From positions 2,017,443 through 2,081,442 of the forward strand of contig OZ260085.1 of the NCBI GenBank assembly GCA_965284445.1: a stretch of DNA of 64,000 bases, given 5' to 3'. This document shows positions 37,077-47,089 of the stretch, piece after piece. Both the position numbers and the translations under genes were made by a program. Source of the stretch: Crocinitomicaceae bacterium (GTDB taxonomy: Bacteria > Bacteroidota > Bacteroidia > Flavobacteriales_D > Crocinitomicaceae). Every line of letters begins with the position of its first letter. Position 1 is the first letter of the stretch. Below the pieces are notes generated by a model. That model was given only the letters and a program-made list of their open reading frames with translations, was not told where the DNA came from and did not search any database.

Positions 37077-38696
37077 TTATTTTCCTACAGTAGCAAAGAA
37101 AGTTTTTGCTTGTGCATCTGCTGGATCTAAAGTTCTAACTATTCCCCAAAAATCTTTCGCTTTAGCGATGTCTTTTGCAGGAGAGTTAACATAATAATCA
37201 CCCATGTATTTTGCAGCTTCAATCATATAGTTTTTGTATGCTCCTGCTCTTTCTGCTTCAGGAACCAACTCGATGAATTTTTCATAATATGGTCTTGCTC
37301 CCCAAGTCACTTTTTTCAAATCCAATTGAACATTAGCTCTTGCTCTCCAAAGTGAAGCCATTGCAAATGTTGGAGATAATTTCGCTACTTGTGCGTAAGC
37401 TGCATCAGCCAAAACATAGTTCTTAGCTCCAAAATAATAGGCTCTTCCTAAATCGTTGTATTCTGTAACAGTCAATTTAGTAGAATCTGAACCCAGTTTT
37501 TTGTTCAAACTAGCGATTACTAAATCATACTTTTTAGATTTCATATATAATTTAGACAATTCACCATACAACTCAGTACCATTTACAGAATCTTTTTCAA
37601 TTGCTCTATTCAACTCTAAAATCGCAGAAGAATCACTTCCTAATTTAGATAACAACAAACCTTTGTACTTGTAATCCATCGCAATTACTTTATCTTCAGG
37701 TACAATTTGGAAAAATCTGTTCATTGCATTCATCCCTTTTCTGTAATTTGCAGTATCTGCTTTTGGATCTTTCGCATTACACTCATAAATTGAATATCCC
37801 AATAAACGTTGACTGTAGAAATTCTCGAATCCATTCGCATGAATTGTCTCAAATTGCGTTACTGATTCACAATATTTCTTTCCGGAAAATAAAGATGTTG
37901 CGTAACGGTATCTTGAATAGTCATTGTTATTTAATTCAAGGTAAAACAACCAGTTTTCAACCGCTTTTGAAGTTTGATTGAATTTCATATTCAACTCTGC
38001 ATTTTCTCTATAAGCCGGAGCATAAGTTGGGTCTAAATCTTGAGCTTCAATGTATAAATCGTTCGCTAATTGATAATTCTGAGCACGTTGATAAACTTTC
38101 GCTTTACGAACTACAATTTTAGCTTGTTTTGAAAGGTCTAAAGCATTGTTGTAACTTTTCATCGCTTCTGTACCGTTTGTTGGTGTTAATTCCAACAAAG
38201 CATCTCCCAACAACAAATGTCCATCAATATTCTTTGGATCCAATTTGATTGCAGTTGTCAAAATAGTAACCGCTTGATTCAACGCTTTGATTGGTGCATT
38301 TGTATATACAGAACCAATTTGACGCATCACTTCAGCATTTTTGTTCTTTGTTAAAGTCAATGCTTGAACGAACAATTTTTTACCTTCTGTAGTATCCCCT
38401 TTAAACCAAAGGTATTTTCCAGTACCAACTAAGTTCAATGGATTAACTGCATCAATTGTTAAACCTTTTTTCCACATGACATTCGCAGAATCAAGATTAT
38501 CTGCATTAAAATAATTTTCACCGAAATAAAAATAGTTGTCAGCCTTAGTTGGTTCTTTAGCTACTAACGCTTTAAATTCAGTGCGCGCAGCATCAAACAT
38601 TTCGTTGTCTGTTTTCTTAATTGCACTTTCTAAAGTTTGTGCATTTACCAATGTTCCAAAGAACATAGAAACAGCTAAAATCTTATAATTTTTCAT
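37077..38696 (-). CDS. Secreted TPR-repeat protein
   Basis: Signal peptide MKNYKILAVSMFFGTLVNAQ plus multiple TPR-like helices. Start trimmed from 38756. Confidence 0.75.
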   Translation of the reverse strand: MKNYKILAVSMFFGTLVNAQTLESAIKKTDNEMFDAARTEFKALVAKEPTKADNYFYFGENYFNADNLDSANVMWKKGLTIDAVNPLNLVGTGKYLWFKGDTTEGKKLFVQALTLTKNKNAEVMRQIGSVYTNAPIKALNQAVTILTTAIKLDPKNIDGHLLLGDALLELTPTNGTEAMKSYNNALDLSKQAKIVVRKAKVYQRAQNYQLANDLYIEAQDLDPTYAPAYRENAELNMKFNQTSKAVENWLFYLELNNNDYSRYRYATSLFSGKKYCESVTQFETIHANGFENFYSQRLLGYSIYECNAKDPKADTANYRKGMNAMNRFFQIVPEDKVIAMDYKYKGLLLSKLGSDSSAILELNRAIEKDSVNGTELYGELSKLYMKSKKYDLVIASLNKKLGSDSTKLTVTEYNDLGRAYYFGAKNYVLADAAYAQVAKLSPTFAMASLWRARANVQLDLKKVTWGARPYYEKFIELVPEAERAGAYKNYMIEAAKYMGDYYVNSPAKDIAKAKDFWGIVRTLDPADAQAKTFFATVGK

Positions 38697-38804
38697 TTTG
38701 TTATTTTCTAGTTTATGCTTTGTTTTCTTTTGAAATATAATCAATAGTCTTGCCAAAAAAAGGACAAAAGTAATAAATTGATTAAAATTTATAGTTAAAT
38801 GTGA

Positions 38805-39710
38805 TTATTCTGATTTTATCTGTATCACCCTTGCAACCATATTAGCAGGAATCAAGGAAGATTTCTGAATTAACAACTGACCTTTCTCACCTGTCATGAA
38901 CAATAAAAAACCAGAACTAACACCAGATCGAGAAGCATAATTAACCACCCACAAATCTCTTGTCATTGGATATTGTTTATCATAAATGTAAGATTGATAG
39001 GGCTTGAAAGATTCACTTGTTGCGGTTTTAGAAACGGCCATTACTCTGATTCCATTTAAAAAATCCAAGGTTTGTGGATCGTCTTCATCACTGATCCAAT
39101 TGACACCAATGACACCAATCGCACTTTTGTTATTTTTCACATAATTGATAACTTCAGCATTTGATTTTACAGCGAAAACATTTTCAGGAACCTTTGTTAC
39201 GCCAGACAAATTTTTCAAGTAATTGAAGTTTGCAGAATTTTCATGATCAAAAACCACATTGATTCCAGTTTTCAAACTAGACCAAGTTTTGGTTTTTCCT
39301 GTCAATATATCTTTTAGTTGATCGATTGAAATAGTAGAATCAGGATTTTCAGGATTGATAATTAAAGCAACGGCATCTTTGGCTAAGATCTCACTTCTAA
39401 CTTCGATATTCGCTTTTTTCAATTTCGCTATTTCTGCTTCAGTTAGATCACGAGTGATACACATTGTCTCAACCTTTTTAGCGAAAAAATCTTGCAAAAT
39501 CTCTTCTTCCGTTTTATAAACTGGAATGATGTCTGCCAAAGGATTTTGACTTTCGAAAGTATAAATACTTGTATCAAACAAAGGTTTGAATGATTCTTCA
39601 ATGAAAATTTTTGCTTTTCCTATTCCATGTGCTTCAGTCACCTTCATTGGATTATTACAACTTGCAATAAACACTATACAGCAAAGAACTAATTTAAATG
39701 AGTTTTTCAT
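38805..39710 (-). CDS. PstS-like periplasmic substrate-binding domain lipoprotein
   Basis: Lipobox FIASC. PBP type 2 pattern (GVIGVNWISDED, MTRDLWVV), recalled as the PBP gene commonly attached to Bacteroidota exbBD-tonB clusters. Confidence 0.7.
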   Translation of the reverse strand: MKNSFKLVLCCIVFIASCNNPMKVTEAHGIGKAKIFIEESFKPLFDTSIYTFESQNPLADIIPVYKTEEEILQDFFAKKVETMCITRDLTEAEIAKLKKANIEVRSEILAKDAVALIINPENPDSTISIDQLKDILTGKTKTWSSLKTGINVVFDHENSANFNYLKNLSGVTKVPENVFAVKSNAEVINYVKNNKSAIGVIGVNWISDEDDPQTLDFLNGIRVMAVSKTATSESFKPYQSYIYDKQYPMTRDLWVVNYASRSGVSSGFLLFMTGEKGQLLIQKSSLIPANMVARVIQIKSE

Positions 39711-39721
39711 ATCGAGAATAA

Positions 39722-39925
39722 TTAATTTTTGGATGCTTTGATATTTTGATACAATCGAAAACCTCTAAAAGTCGCATAGGTTATCATTACAATTACGAAA
39801 ATGATTCTTTTAGATTCAGTCATTCTATCGTTGAATAATTCAGTGAACAACATAAAGCCAGAAAGTGCCAAGCACATAACAATGATGAACGCCGAAAACG
39901 TGTTACTAATGAAATTTGTATTCAT
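39722..39925 (-). CDS. Small two-TM membrane protein (67 aa)
   Basis: Two hydrophobic segments, packed between tonB and the PBP gene. Confidence 0.45.
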   Translation of the reverse strand: MNTNFISNTFSAFIIVMCLALSGFMLFTELFNDRMTESKRIIFVIVMITYATFRGFRLYQNIKASKN

Positions 39926-39988
39926 AATATTTCAAAAAATCCCCGAAATCCAATGGATAACGGGGATAAATATAAAGTCTAAACTTTT

Positions 39989-40846
39989 TTAGTTTAATTT
40001 GAAGTTCACTGGTAAATCGAAGTAACTTCTTACACCTTTTCCACCAATTTTACCTGGTTTCCAACGTGGCATTAATCTTACTACTCGTTTTGCTTCAGCG
40101 TCACATTCTGGACAATCTGGAACAGGACGGGTAACTTTAACGTCTGTAATTTTACCATCTGTACCAACGATGAATCTCAGATAACATTTTCCTTCAATTC
40201 CTGCTTCAATTGCAGTTTCAGGATATTTCATGTTATCAGCCAAAAACTTCATCATTGAAGCTCTTCCTCCAGGATATTCAGCAGATTCTTCTACATCCAA
40301 GAAAACTTCTTCTTCTTTTTTCTCTACTGGTGGCGGTGTATTATCCGTCGGAGGTGGAGCAAAAGAGTTATTGTCTTCTTCATTGGTAGTTGTTGATGCA
40401 TTAACGTCAACCATCGCATCTTGTGGTGGAATTTGATTATCCACTACATCATCCGTAACAATTGGAGGCAAGAAAGCAATTGTTTGTTCCATCGGTGGAA
40501 TTTCTTCCTCAACTGGCGGTGGCTCAACTTCCTCTACAGGAGGAGCAGCAACACTGAATTGAGACATATCCACTGGTGGCTCTTCAATTACTTCTTCTGG
40601 AAGTGATTTAATGATCATGTAAGTACCATAAATCAATCCTAAACCAAGAATTACACTTGATAAGATTATGATCATCCGCTTGTCATAATCTCTTCTAATT
40701 ACGTATGCGCCGTAAGCCTTGTTGCGGTGTTCAAAAACAAGTTCATTTCTTTGTGCAGACGTAACTTGTTGCCAACGACGGGCAGCAAAAAAGTCATACA
40801 ATGAAACAATCGCTACGAGCAATACAATACTGAAAATGATTCCCAT
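39989..40846 (-). CDS. tonB: TonB-family energy transducer, paralog 2
   Basis: Pro/Glu-rich linker (PPVEEVEPPPVEEEIPP). C-terminal TonB domain (AEYPGGRASMMKFLADNMKYPETAIEAGIEGKCYLRFIV). Confidence 0.87.
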   Translation of the reverse strand: MGIIFSIVLLVAIVSLYDFFAARRWQQVTSAQRNELVFEHRNKAYGAYVIRRDYDKRMIIILSSVILGLGLIYGTYMIIKSLPEEVIEEPPVDMSQFSVAAPPVEEVEPPPVEEEIPPMEQTIAFLPPIVTDDVVDNQIPPQDAMVDVNASTTTNEEDNNSFAPPPTDNTPPPVEKKEEEVFLDVEESAEYPGGRASMMKFLADNMKYPETAIEAGIEGKCYLRFIVGTDGKITDVKVTRPVPDCPECDAEAKRVVRLMPRWKPGKIGGKGVRSYFDLPVNFKLN

Positions 40847-40847
40847 A

Positions 40848-41492
40848 TTATTTTCCTGTTTTAGCTTTAATTAAATCTAGCTCACTTTGCATGATATCAA
40901 CTGGTGCAATTACACCGATATCAGCAATCTTCAACTCATCAATTAAATCAATGAAGTTTTTACAAGTTGCGTCGTTGTCTGTTTTAATCAAAACTTTCAA
41001 TGCCTCATTTGCACTTTTTACTTCTCTGATTTTTCTTGTATAAGTAGTATCTGCGATTTTTTTACTAGTCAAATCAGCATCCAAAGTAACTTTTTTCTCT
41101 AAAACGAAGCGATTCATTTTAGACAAAAGTTCACGAACACTTCCTTCTCCTCCACCAAAGTTTGCTTCTTCAATTGTAGTTGCTGGTTTTCCTTTGGCAT
41201 TTCCTTCTGGATAAAAAGCACCTTCATAGTAGAAAATACGATCTTCAGCCAACAAAAATGTAACAGCGTTGTTAACTTCTACATCCTTTTTTATCTCATT
41301 TGGCTTTGGCTTTGCTGGATAAACCAAGCTCATTACTTTGGGCTTGCTAAATGTAGCAGTCAATACGAAAAACGTCAACAAAAGGAAAGCTAAATCCACC
41401 ATCGGTGTCATGTCGACTTTCGTCGATTGCTTTTTGGCCCTTTTCTTGCCTTTGTCGTGACCACCACCGCCACTTTCTGCAATTTCTGCCAT
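40848..41492 (-). CDS. exbD: ExbD/TolR family protein 2
   Basis: DMTPMVDLAFLLLTFFVL motif plus a periplasmic domain. Confidence 0.85.
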   Translation of the reverse strand: MAEIAESGGGGHDKGKKRAKKQSTKVDMTPMVDLAFLLLTFFVLTATFSKPKVMSLVYPAKPKPNEIKKDVEVNNAVTFLLAEDRIFYYEGAFYPEGNAKGKPATTIEEANFGGGEGSVRELLSKMNRFVLEKKVTLDADLTSKKIADTTYTRKIREVKSANEALKVLIKTDNDATCKNFIDLIDELKIADIGVIAPVDIMQSELDLIKAKTGK

Positions 41493-41495
41493 GTC

Positions 41496-42170
41496 TTATT
41501 CTTTTTTTCTTGGATCGTGTTCCAATGAAGTAACAAAATTCAAGTTGTTTAAATTCAAATCTCTAAATACGTCGATTACTTGTTTCGCGCGAACATAAAC
41601 CGCTTTACCATCTACTTTCAAGATGAATTTTGGTTTAAAATCGTTTGCTTCAGGTTCCAAACCTTTGTCAGTTGCTTCCAAGAAAGCTTCTTCACCTGCA
41701 GACAATGCTTCGAGGTTTCCGTACCAAATCCAATCTTTCAATTGGTTGTTCAATGAGTCAGCTGGAATACCAGTTGTTTTGAAATTTTTACGTTCCGCAG
41801 AACTCAAATTCAAATAAGCAGGCATTTCTTTCATGTCACAACCAAAGTTGGTCATTTTCACAAATTCTTTCACTTGCTCGTTGGTAAACTTCAAATTGTA
41901 TTTTTTCGCCATGCTGCCAAGAAGTCTTGTTTTCACCTCATCTTTACCAGACATTCCGAAAAATTTACGACCATCTTTATCAATAGACACCATTATCACA
42001 TTTTCAGGGATAATCATGTCACTGATACTAGAAGGAGTATCAATTACAGCCGCTTCATCAGAACGGAAACTTGACGAAAGCATAAAGAATGTAACCAACA
42101 AGAAAGCTAAATCCACCATAGGAGTCATATCTATGGATGGGGAGCTTTTGGGCATATTAATTTTAGGCAT
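41496..42170 (-). CDS. exbD: ExbD/TolR family protein 1
   Basis: DMTPMVDLAFLLVTFFML motif. Confidence 0.85.
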   Translation of the reverse strand: MPKINMPKSSPSIDMTPMVDLAFLLVTFFMLSSSFRSDEAAVIDTPSSISDMIIPENVIMVSIDKDGRKFFGMSGKDEVKTRLLGSMAKKYNLKFTNEQVKEFVKMTNFGCDMKEMPAYLNLSSAERKNFKTTGIPADSLNNQLKDWIWYGNLEALSAGEEAFLEATDKGLEPEANDFKPKFILKVDGKAVYVRAKQVIDVFRDLNLNNLNFVTSLEHDPRKKE

Positions 42171-42224
42171 TTCGTTCTAAAATATTTTGTAAATACTATA
42201 ATTACTATTACTTAAGGCTAAACC

Positions 42225-43031
42225 TTATTTTGTAGTAGTTGCGAAATCTTGTACAATTGTGAAGCTAGCTTCATCCATGCTGTAAGTCATCTGGTCAATT
42301 TTAGTTGAGAAGAAGTTATACATGATGATCGCGATAGCAGAACCTGTAATACCCAAAGCTGTATTAATCAAGGCCTCAGAAATACCAGCAGCCAATGCAG
42401 CAGTATCAGGAGAACCAGAACTCATTGCACCAAATGAACGAATCATCCCAAGTACTGTTCCAATCAAACCAATCAACGTTGCGATAGATGCACAAGTAGA
42501 AAGAATTACTAAGTTTTTAGACAACATTGGCAATTCCAAAGCTGTAGCTTCTTCCAATTCTTTTTTCATAGACTCAACTTTTTGCTCTTTATCCATTGTA
42601 GAATCTTTGCTCAAGTGGTCATATTTTTCCAAACCTGCACGAACAACATTTGCCAAAGAACCTCTTTGTTTGTCGCACTCAACAACTGCTTGCTCGATTT
42701 CTTTGTTAGCCAAAAGTGTTTTTACTTTAGAAACGAAAACATCAACATTTCCTTTTCCTTTTCCTTTAGCCAACGTTACAAAACGCTCGATAGAGAAAAT
42801 AATGATGATAAAGTTAACCGCCAAAAGAATAGGTACGATAAAACCTCCTTTGTAGATAATTCCCATGTAATTTCCTTGCAATGCTTCTTTTGTAGGATCG
42901 TTACCCACGAAGTTAGCTGGATTACCAAAAATAAACATATAGATAACAATACCAATAACTAGCGCTATTACAATAGCGATTGCTGCGATTAATGCCGAAA
43001 AACCTCCAGCTGTCTTTTGCTTATTACTCAT
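42225..43031 (-). CDS. exbB: MotA/TolQ/ExbB proton channel protein
   Basis: Three TM segments and the conserved GLIGTVLGMI...ALINTALG region. Confidence 0.9.
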   Translation of the reverse strand: MSNKQKTAGGFSALIAAIAIVIALVIGIVIYMFIFGNPANFVGNDPTKEALQGNYMGIIYKGGFIVPILLAVNFIIIIFSIERFVTLAKGKGKGNVDVFVSKVKTLLANKEIEQAVVECDKQRGSLANVVRAGLEKYDHLSKDSTMDKEQKVESMKKELEEATALELPMLSKNLVILSTCASIATLIGLIGTVLGMIRSFGAMSSGSPDTAALAAGISEALINTALGITGSAIAIIMYNFFSTKIDQMTYSMDEASFTIVQDFATTTK

Positions 43032-43070
43032 AATTACTTTTTTTTATACTTTACATTTTGTTTAAGACCC

Positions 43071-43078
43071 CAAACATA
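43071..43078 (-). promoter_or_regulatory. -7 box TATGTTTG for the exbB operon
   Basis: The reverse complement of CAAACATA lies about 40 nt upstream of the exbB ATG. Confidence 0.4.
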
Positions 43079-43413
43079 GTAAAAGGAATTGGATTAATAA
43101 AAAATATCAATTATTAAGTAGCAATTTTTTATTCACCTATGCAATATTTGATTTTAAATAGGACTTTCACTGATTAAAGTAAGTTAGTTTCAAAAAATCA
43201 AAAAAAATAATTTTAAAATTCTAAAAATCAATATGTTAATTCGACTAATTCATTAACATTTCCTGAATTTGAATTTTTTCTGAAGTTTCATATTAAGGTT
43301 GTGTTAAATTTATTCCTCTTAAAGTCAAAAGTACACTTATCACCAAAATTTCTTGAAACGATTTTTTGATTTAGAAATTTGATAAGAAATGTGATTCTCT
43401 CAAATTTTGAACT

Positions 43414-43421
43414 TATCTTTG
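43414..43421 (+). promoter_or_regulatory. -7 box TATCTTTG for paaZ
   Basis: Exact TAnnTTTG, 30 nt upstream of the ATG at 43451, inside the track's extended ORF. Confidence 0.45.
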
Positions 43422-43450
43422 ATTCATTAATCGAAAAGCAATACTTCACA

Positions 43451-45502
43451 ATGATACAAGTAAAAAACTACGTCCTTGCACAATGGATTTCGGGAGAAGG
43501 TTCTGAAACTAATTTATACAATGCATTAACCGGTGAGAAAATCGGTGACACTTCAAGTGCAGGTTTGAATTACCAAGAAATTTTGACTTACGGTCGAGAA
43601 AAAGGCGGTCGTGCATTGCGAAAAATGACTTTCCAAGAGCGTGGACGAATGCTGAAAGCATTGGCGTTGCATTTGATGGATAAAAAAGAATCTTATTATG
43701 CTTTGAGTGCACTGACAGGTGCAACGCGCATTGATTCGTGGATTGATATTGAAGGAGGAATAGGAAATCTTTTCGCAAATGCTTCTCTAAGAAGACAATT
43801 TCCAGATTTACCTTATTATGTAGACGGTGTTGCTGCTCCACTTTCTAAAAATGGAAGTTTTATCGGTCACCACATCATGGTTCCTAAACAAGGTGTTGCG
43901 ATTCACATCAATGCATTTAATTTCCCGATCTGGGGAATGTTGGAGAAAATCGCAGTCAATTTAATGGCGGGTGTTCCAGCGATTGTGAAACCTTCTGAAT
44001 TCACTTGCTTTTTGACTGAGTTAATGGTAAAAGACATCATCGACAGTAAAATTCTTCCTGAAGGAAGTTTACAATTGGTTTGCGGATTAGGACGAGGAAT
44101 CCTTGATCATGTGGACAGCGAAGACGTAGTGACTTTCACTGGAAGTGCGCATACAGGTAAAATGTTGAAAGCAATGCCTCAATTTTCAGAACGTAGTGTT
44201 CCCTTCAACTTAGAAGCGGATTCTTTGAATGCAACAATCTTAGGCAAACATGCAGTTCCTGGGACGGTAGAATTTGACTTATTTATCAAAGAAACAACGA
44301 AAGAAATCACCGTAAAAGCAGGACAAAAATGTACTGCGGTTAGAAGAATTATTGTTCCAGACAACTTGCTTGATGAAGTGCAGAAAGCCATTTCAGCGCG
44401 TTTGGCTTCAACGAAAGTAGGAGATCCAAGTATGGAAGGTGTGCGCATGGGCGCTTTGGCAACGATGACGCAAGTAGATCGTGTAAGAGCAAATGTAAAT
44501 CGCTTGGCGCAAACGCAAGAAATCGTTTTTGGAAATGCGAATCACGTGGATGTAACAGGAGGAGATTCTGAAAAAGGCGCGTTCTTCTCTCCTATTTTAT
44601 TTGTCAATAATGATCCTTTCAAAAATACAGATGTGCACGAAATTGAAGCTTTTGGACCAGTTTCGACCATCATGCCTTATAAAACCATGGACGATGCTAT
44701 CGAACTTTCTCGCATGGGGAAAGGTTCTTTGGTTTCATCAATCGTTACTCCCAATGACCAAGAGGCAACTGAATATGTTGTCGGTGCTGCAAGTATGCAC
44801 GGACGAATTTTGGTATTGAATAAAGACTGTGCGAAAGAAAGTACTGGCCATGGTTCTCCAATGCCATTGTTAACACACGGTGGGCCTGGTCGTGCAGGTG
44901 GTGGAGAAGAAATGGGCGGAAAACGCGGAGTTTTACACTACATGCAACGCACAGCGATTCAAGGACATCCAACGACAATTACCAAAATCACACAACAATT
45001 TCAAGTGGGTGCAGAAATGCCAGAAGCGAATCCGCATGTGTTTAGAAAACACTTTGAAGAATTGGTTATTGGTGAAACAGTTTTCACACACAAACACACG
45101 GTTACCGATGCAGACATCGTGAATTTCGCGAATGTTTCAGGAGACAATTTCTACGCACACATGGACGCAACTTCTTTGGAAGGAACGATTTTCGAGCGCA
45201 GAGTTGCCCACGGATATTTTGTATTATCCAAAGCCGCCGGTTTGTTTGTGGATCCAAAAAAAGGTCCAGTATTATTGAACTACGGATTGGATGAAGCGCG
45301 TTTCACCAAACCTGTTTATCCAGGAGCGACATTGGGTGTAAGATTTACCGTGAAAGAAAAAATCGATCAAGAAAAACGTTCAGAAGACGATATCTCTAAA
45401 GGAATTGTGAAATTTTTGGTGGATGTGTATGATGAAACTGGAGAGACAGTTGCGTTGGCAACTATTTTGACGATGGTTAGGAAAATAGATCAGACGAAAT
45501 AA
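43451..45502 (+). CDS. paaZ: PaaZ-like bifunctional aldehyde dehydrogenase / MaoC-type hydratase
   Basis: ALDH Glu (LEADSLN) and Cys (GQKCTAVRR). C-terminal hot-dog domain with FANVSGDNFYAHMD. Confidence 0.82.
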   Translation: MIQVKNYVLAQWISGEGSETNLYNALTGEKIGDTSSAGLNYQEILTYGREKGGRALRKMTFQERGRMLKALALHLMDKKESYYALSALTGATRIDSWIDIEGGIGNLFANASLRRQFPDLPYYVDGVAAPLSKNGSFIGHHIMVPKQGVAIHINAFNFPIWGMLEKIAVNLMAGVPAIVKPSEFTCFLTELMVKDIIDSKILPEGSLQLVCGLGRGILDHVDSEDVVTFTGSAHTGKMLKAMPQFSERSVPFNLEADSLNATILGKHAVPGTVEFDLFIKETTKEITVKAGQKCTAVRRIIVPDNLLDEVQKAISARLASTKVGDPSMEGVRMGALATMTQVDRVRANVNRLAQTQEIVFGNANHVDVTGGDSEKGAFFSPILFVNNDPFKNTDVHEIEAFGPVSTIMPYKTMDDAIELSRMGKGSLVSSIVTPNDQEATEYVVGAASMHGRILVLNKDCAKESTGHGSPMPLLTHGGPGRAGGGEEMGGKRGVLHYMQRTAIQGHPTTITKITQQFQVGAEMPEANPHVFRKHFEELVIGETVFTHKHTVTDADIVNFANVSGDNFYAHMDATSLEGTIFERRVAHGYFVLSKAAGLFVDPKKGPVLLNYGLDEARFTKPVYPGATLGVRFTVKEKIDQEKRSEDDISKGIVKFLVDVYDETGETVALATILTMVRKIDQTK

Positions 45503-45508
45503 AAAATT

Positions 45509-45548
45509 GAAAATCCCGATGTTTATGCGTTGGGATTTTTTTTGGAAA
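45509..45548 (+). terminator. Intrinsic terminator after paaZ
   Basis: AAAATCCCGA-N10-TTGGGATTTT followed by a T-run. It overlaps the track's extended start of the next ORF. Confidence 0.6.
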
Positions 45549-45559
45549 ATATTTCTTGT

Positions 45560-46363
45560 ATGAATTCAAACCCTTTCATAGACAAAGCAATACTATTTAT
45601 AGCCAAGAATTTCAATAGTGAATGTTCTCTTGAAATTATTGCAAATGAAGTTGGTTTATCAAAGTTCTATTTTCATCGGATTTTCAAAATTGAAACCCAC
45701 GAAACTTTGAATGAATACGTTCATCGTTTAAGAATGGAACATGCAGTTCATTTATTTAAAATGTATTCATATTTAGCAAATACTGATGTTGCTTTTCAAT
45801 GCGGATATCAATCACCCAATGAATTTGCAAGGGTTTTTAAACGTCATTTTAATTGTTCCCCAACTGAATTCAAAAAATCAATTTCAACTCCAAAAAGTAC
45901 TCGGAAAGCAGAATTTCACTTTGAAATCCCAATCATTCATTGCAAAAAATTAAGACTAAAAGTTGATAGTACAACTTTCGAAAAAGAGAAAGTCGAAAGT
46001 GCTTTCCAACGGTTAATCAATGTAAATAATGAACCATTGTTTGGAATTTATATAGATGTTCCTTTACATATCAATCCATCCAAATGCAGGTATTTTGCAG
46101 GTAAAGAATCTGATAAAGATTGTAATTTTGAAACTGAAGAAGGATATTATACTTTCATTCAATTTCGTGGCAATCAAGCTGATTTATTCGAAACAATCAT
46201 CGATTTTAAAATGAATAAAATTGACCGTTCACCTTACGAAATTGCCTCATTTGTTGCATTTGAAAAAATTACTTTGAAAAATGAAAATCCGACTTTTGAC
46301 TATGCGAAAGTTGATCGAAAAATTTATATCCCGATTCGGAAGAAAACAGCAAGATTTGCATAG
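45560..46363 (+). CDS. AraC-family regulator with GyrI-like effector domain
   Basis: HTH (LSKFYFHRIFK, GYQSPNEFARVFKRHF) plus a C-terminal GyrI-like half. Start trimmed to the ATG at 45560. Confidence 0.85.
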   Translation: MNSNPFIDKAILFIAKNFNSECSLEIIANEVGLSKFYFHRIFKIETHETLNEYVHRLRMEHAVHLFKMYSYLANTDVAFQCGYQSPNEFARVFKRHFNCSPTEFKKSISTPKSTRKAEFHFEIPIIHCKKLRLKVDSTTFEKEKVESAFQRLINVNNEPLFGIYIDVPLHINPSKCRYFAGKESDKDCNFETEEGYYTFIQFRGNQADLFETIIDFKMNKIDRSPYEIASFVAFEKITLKNENPTFDYAKVDRKIYIPIRKKTARFA

Positions 46364-46401
46364 TTTACTAAAATGAAATCTATTACTTTTGAAATAAAAA
46401 G

Positions 46402-47061
46402 ATGTCGAAAATAGTTCAGTTTGGTGAAAATGTGGAAGGATTTAATATTCCAGTTTTAAATGAAAGAGAAATACGTGCTTCTTCAGGAATTTTATTTGTA
46501 TTTGCACTGCTTTCATTTTTAATGATTGTATTTCGAAAAGATTTTATGCTTGCAAAATTCTTTGTCCTGATTTTTATAATTGAATTTATCATCCGTGTTT
46601 TCATCAATCCAAAATATGCACCAACACTCATTTTAGGAAGGATGATTGTCAAAAATCAAACTCCAGAATACGTAGGGGCTCCTCAGAAAAAATTTGCTTG
46701 GAAAATTGGAATAATTCTCTCTTCTACAATGTTTATTTTATTAAACATTTTCAATACCTATAGTATTTTCACAGGTCTAATCTGCTTTATTTGCTTGATT
46801 TTCCTATTCTTTGAAGCTTCGTTTGGAATTTGTATAGGTTGTATTTTTTACAAAAAATTTTACAAAGAAAAAGTACAGTATTGCCCAGGAGAAGTTTGTG
46901 AAATAAAAGACAGAACTGAAATACAAAAAGTGTCAAAAACACAAATTTTTATTTTTATCGGTTTTGTTGTTTTGGTGATACTTTTAGTGATTGGATTGAA
47001 TCAACTTTTTTCAAATCCTCCCGAAAATTTATGGGAAAAATTAGGATTGAAAAAAGCTTAA
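46402..47061 (+). CDS. DUF4395-like membrane protein
   Basis: N-terminal GFNIPVLNEREIRASSG plus 4 TM segments, recalled as DUF4395. A TACTTTTG box lies at 46384-46391. Confidence 0.6.
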   Translation: MSKIVQFGENVEGFNIPVLNEREIRASSGILFVFALLSFLMIVFRKDFMLAKFFVLIFIIEFIIRVFINPKYAPTLILGRMIVKNQTPEYVGAPQKKFAWKIGIILSSTMFILLNIFNTYSIFTGLICFICLIFLFFEASFGICIGCIFYKKFYKEKVQYCPGEVCEIKDRTEIQKVSKTQIFIFIGFVVLVILLVIGLNQLFSNPPENLWEKLGLKKA

Positions 47062-47089
47062 AAATCTCCAATCCTAATTTAATAGCGAT

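Noticed and set aside
42322-42962. Plus-strand ORFs of 177 aa and 126 aa inside exbB; likewise 41623..42180 inside exbD
   Set aside because: They are antisense to strongly conserved exbB/exbD coding sequence. Long antisense frames are expected in AT-rich genes with biased codon use.
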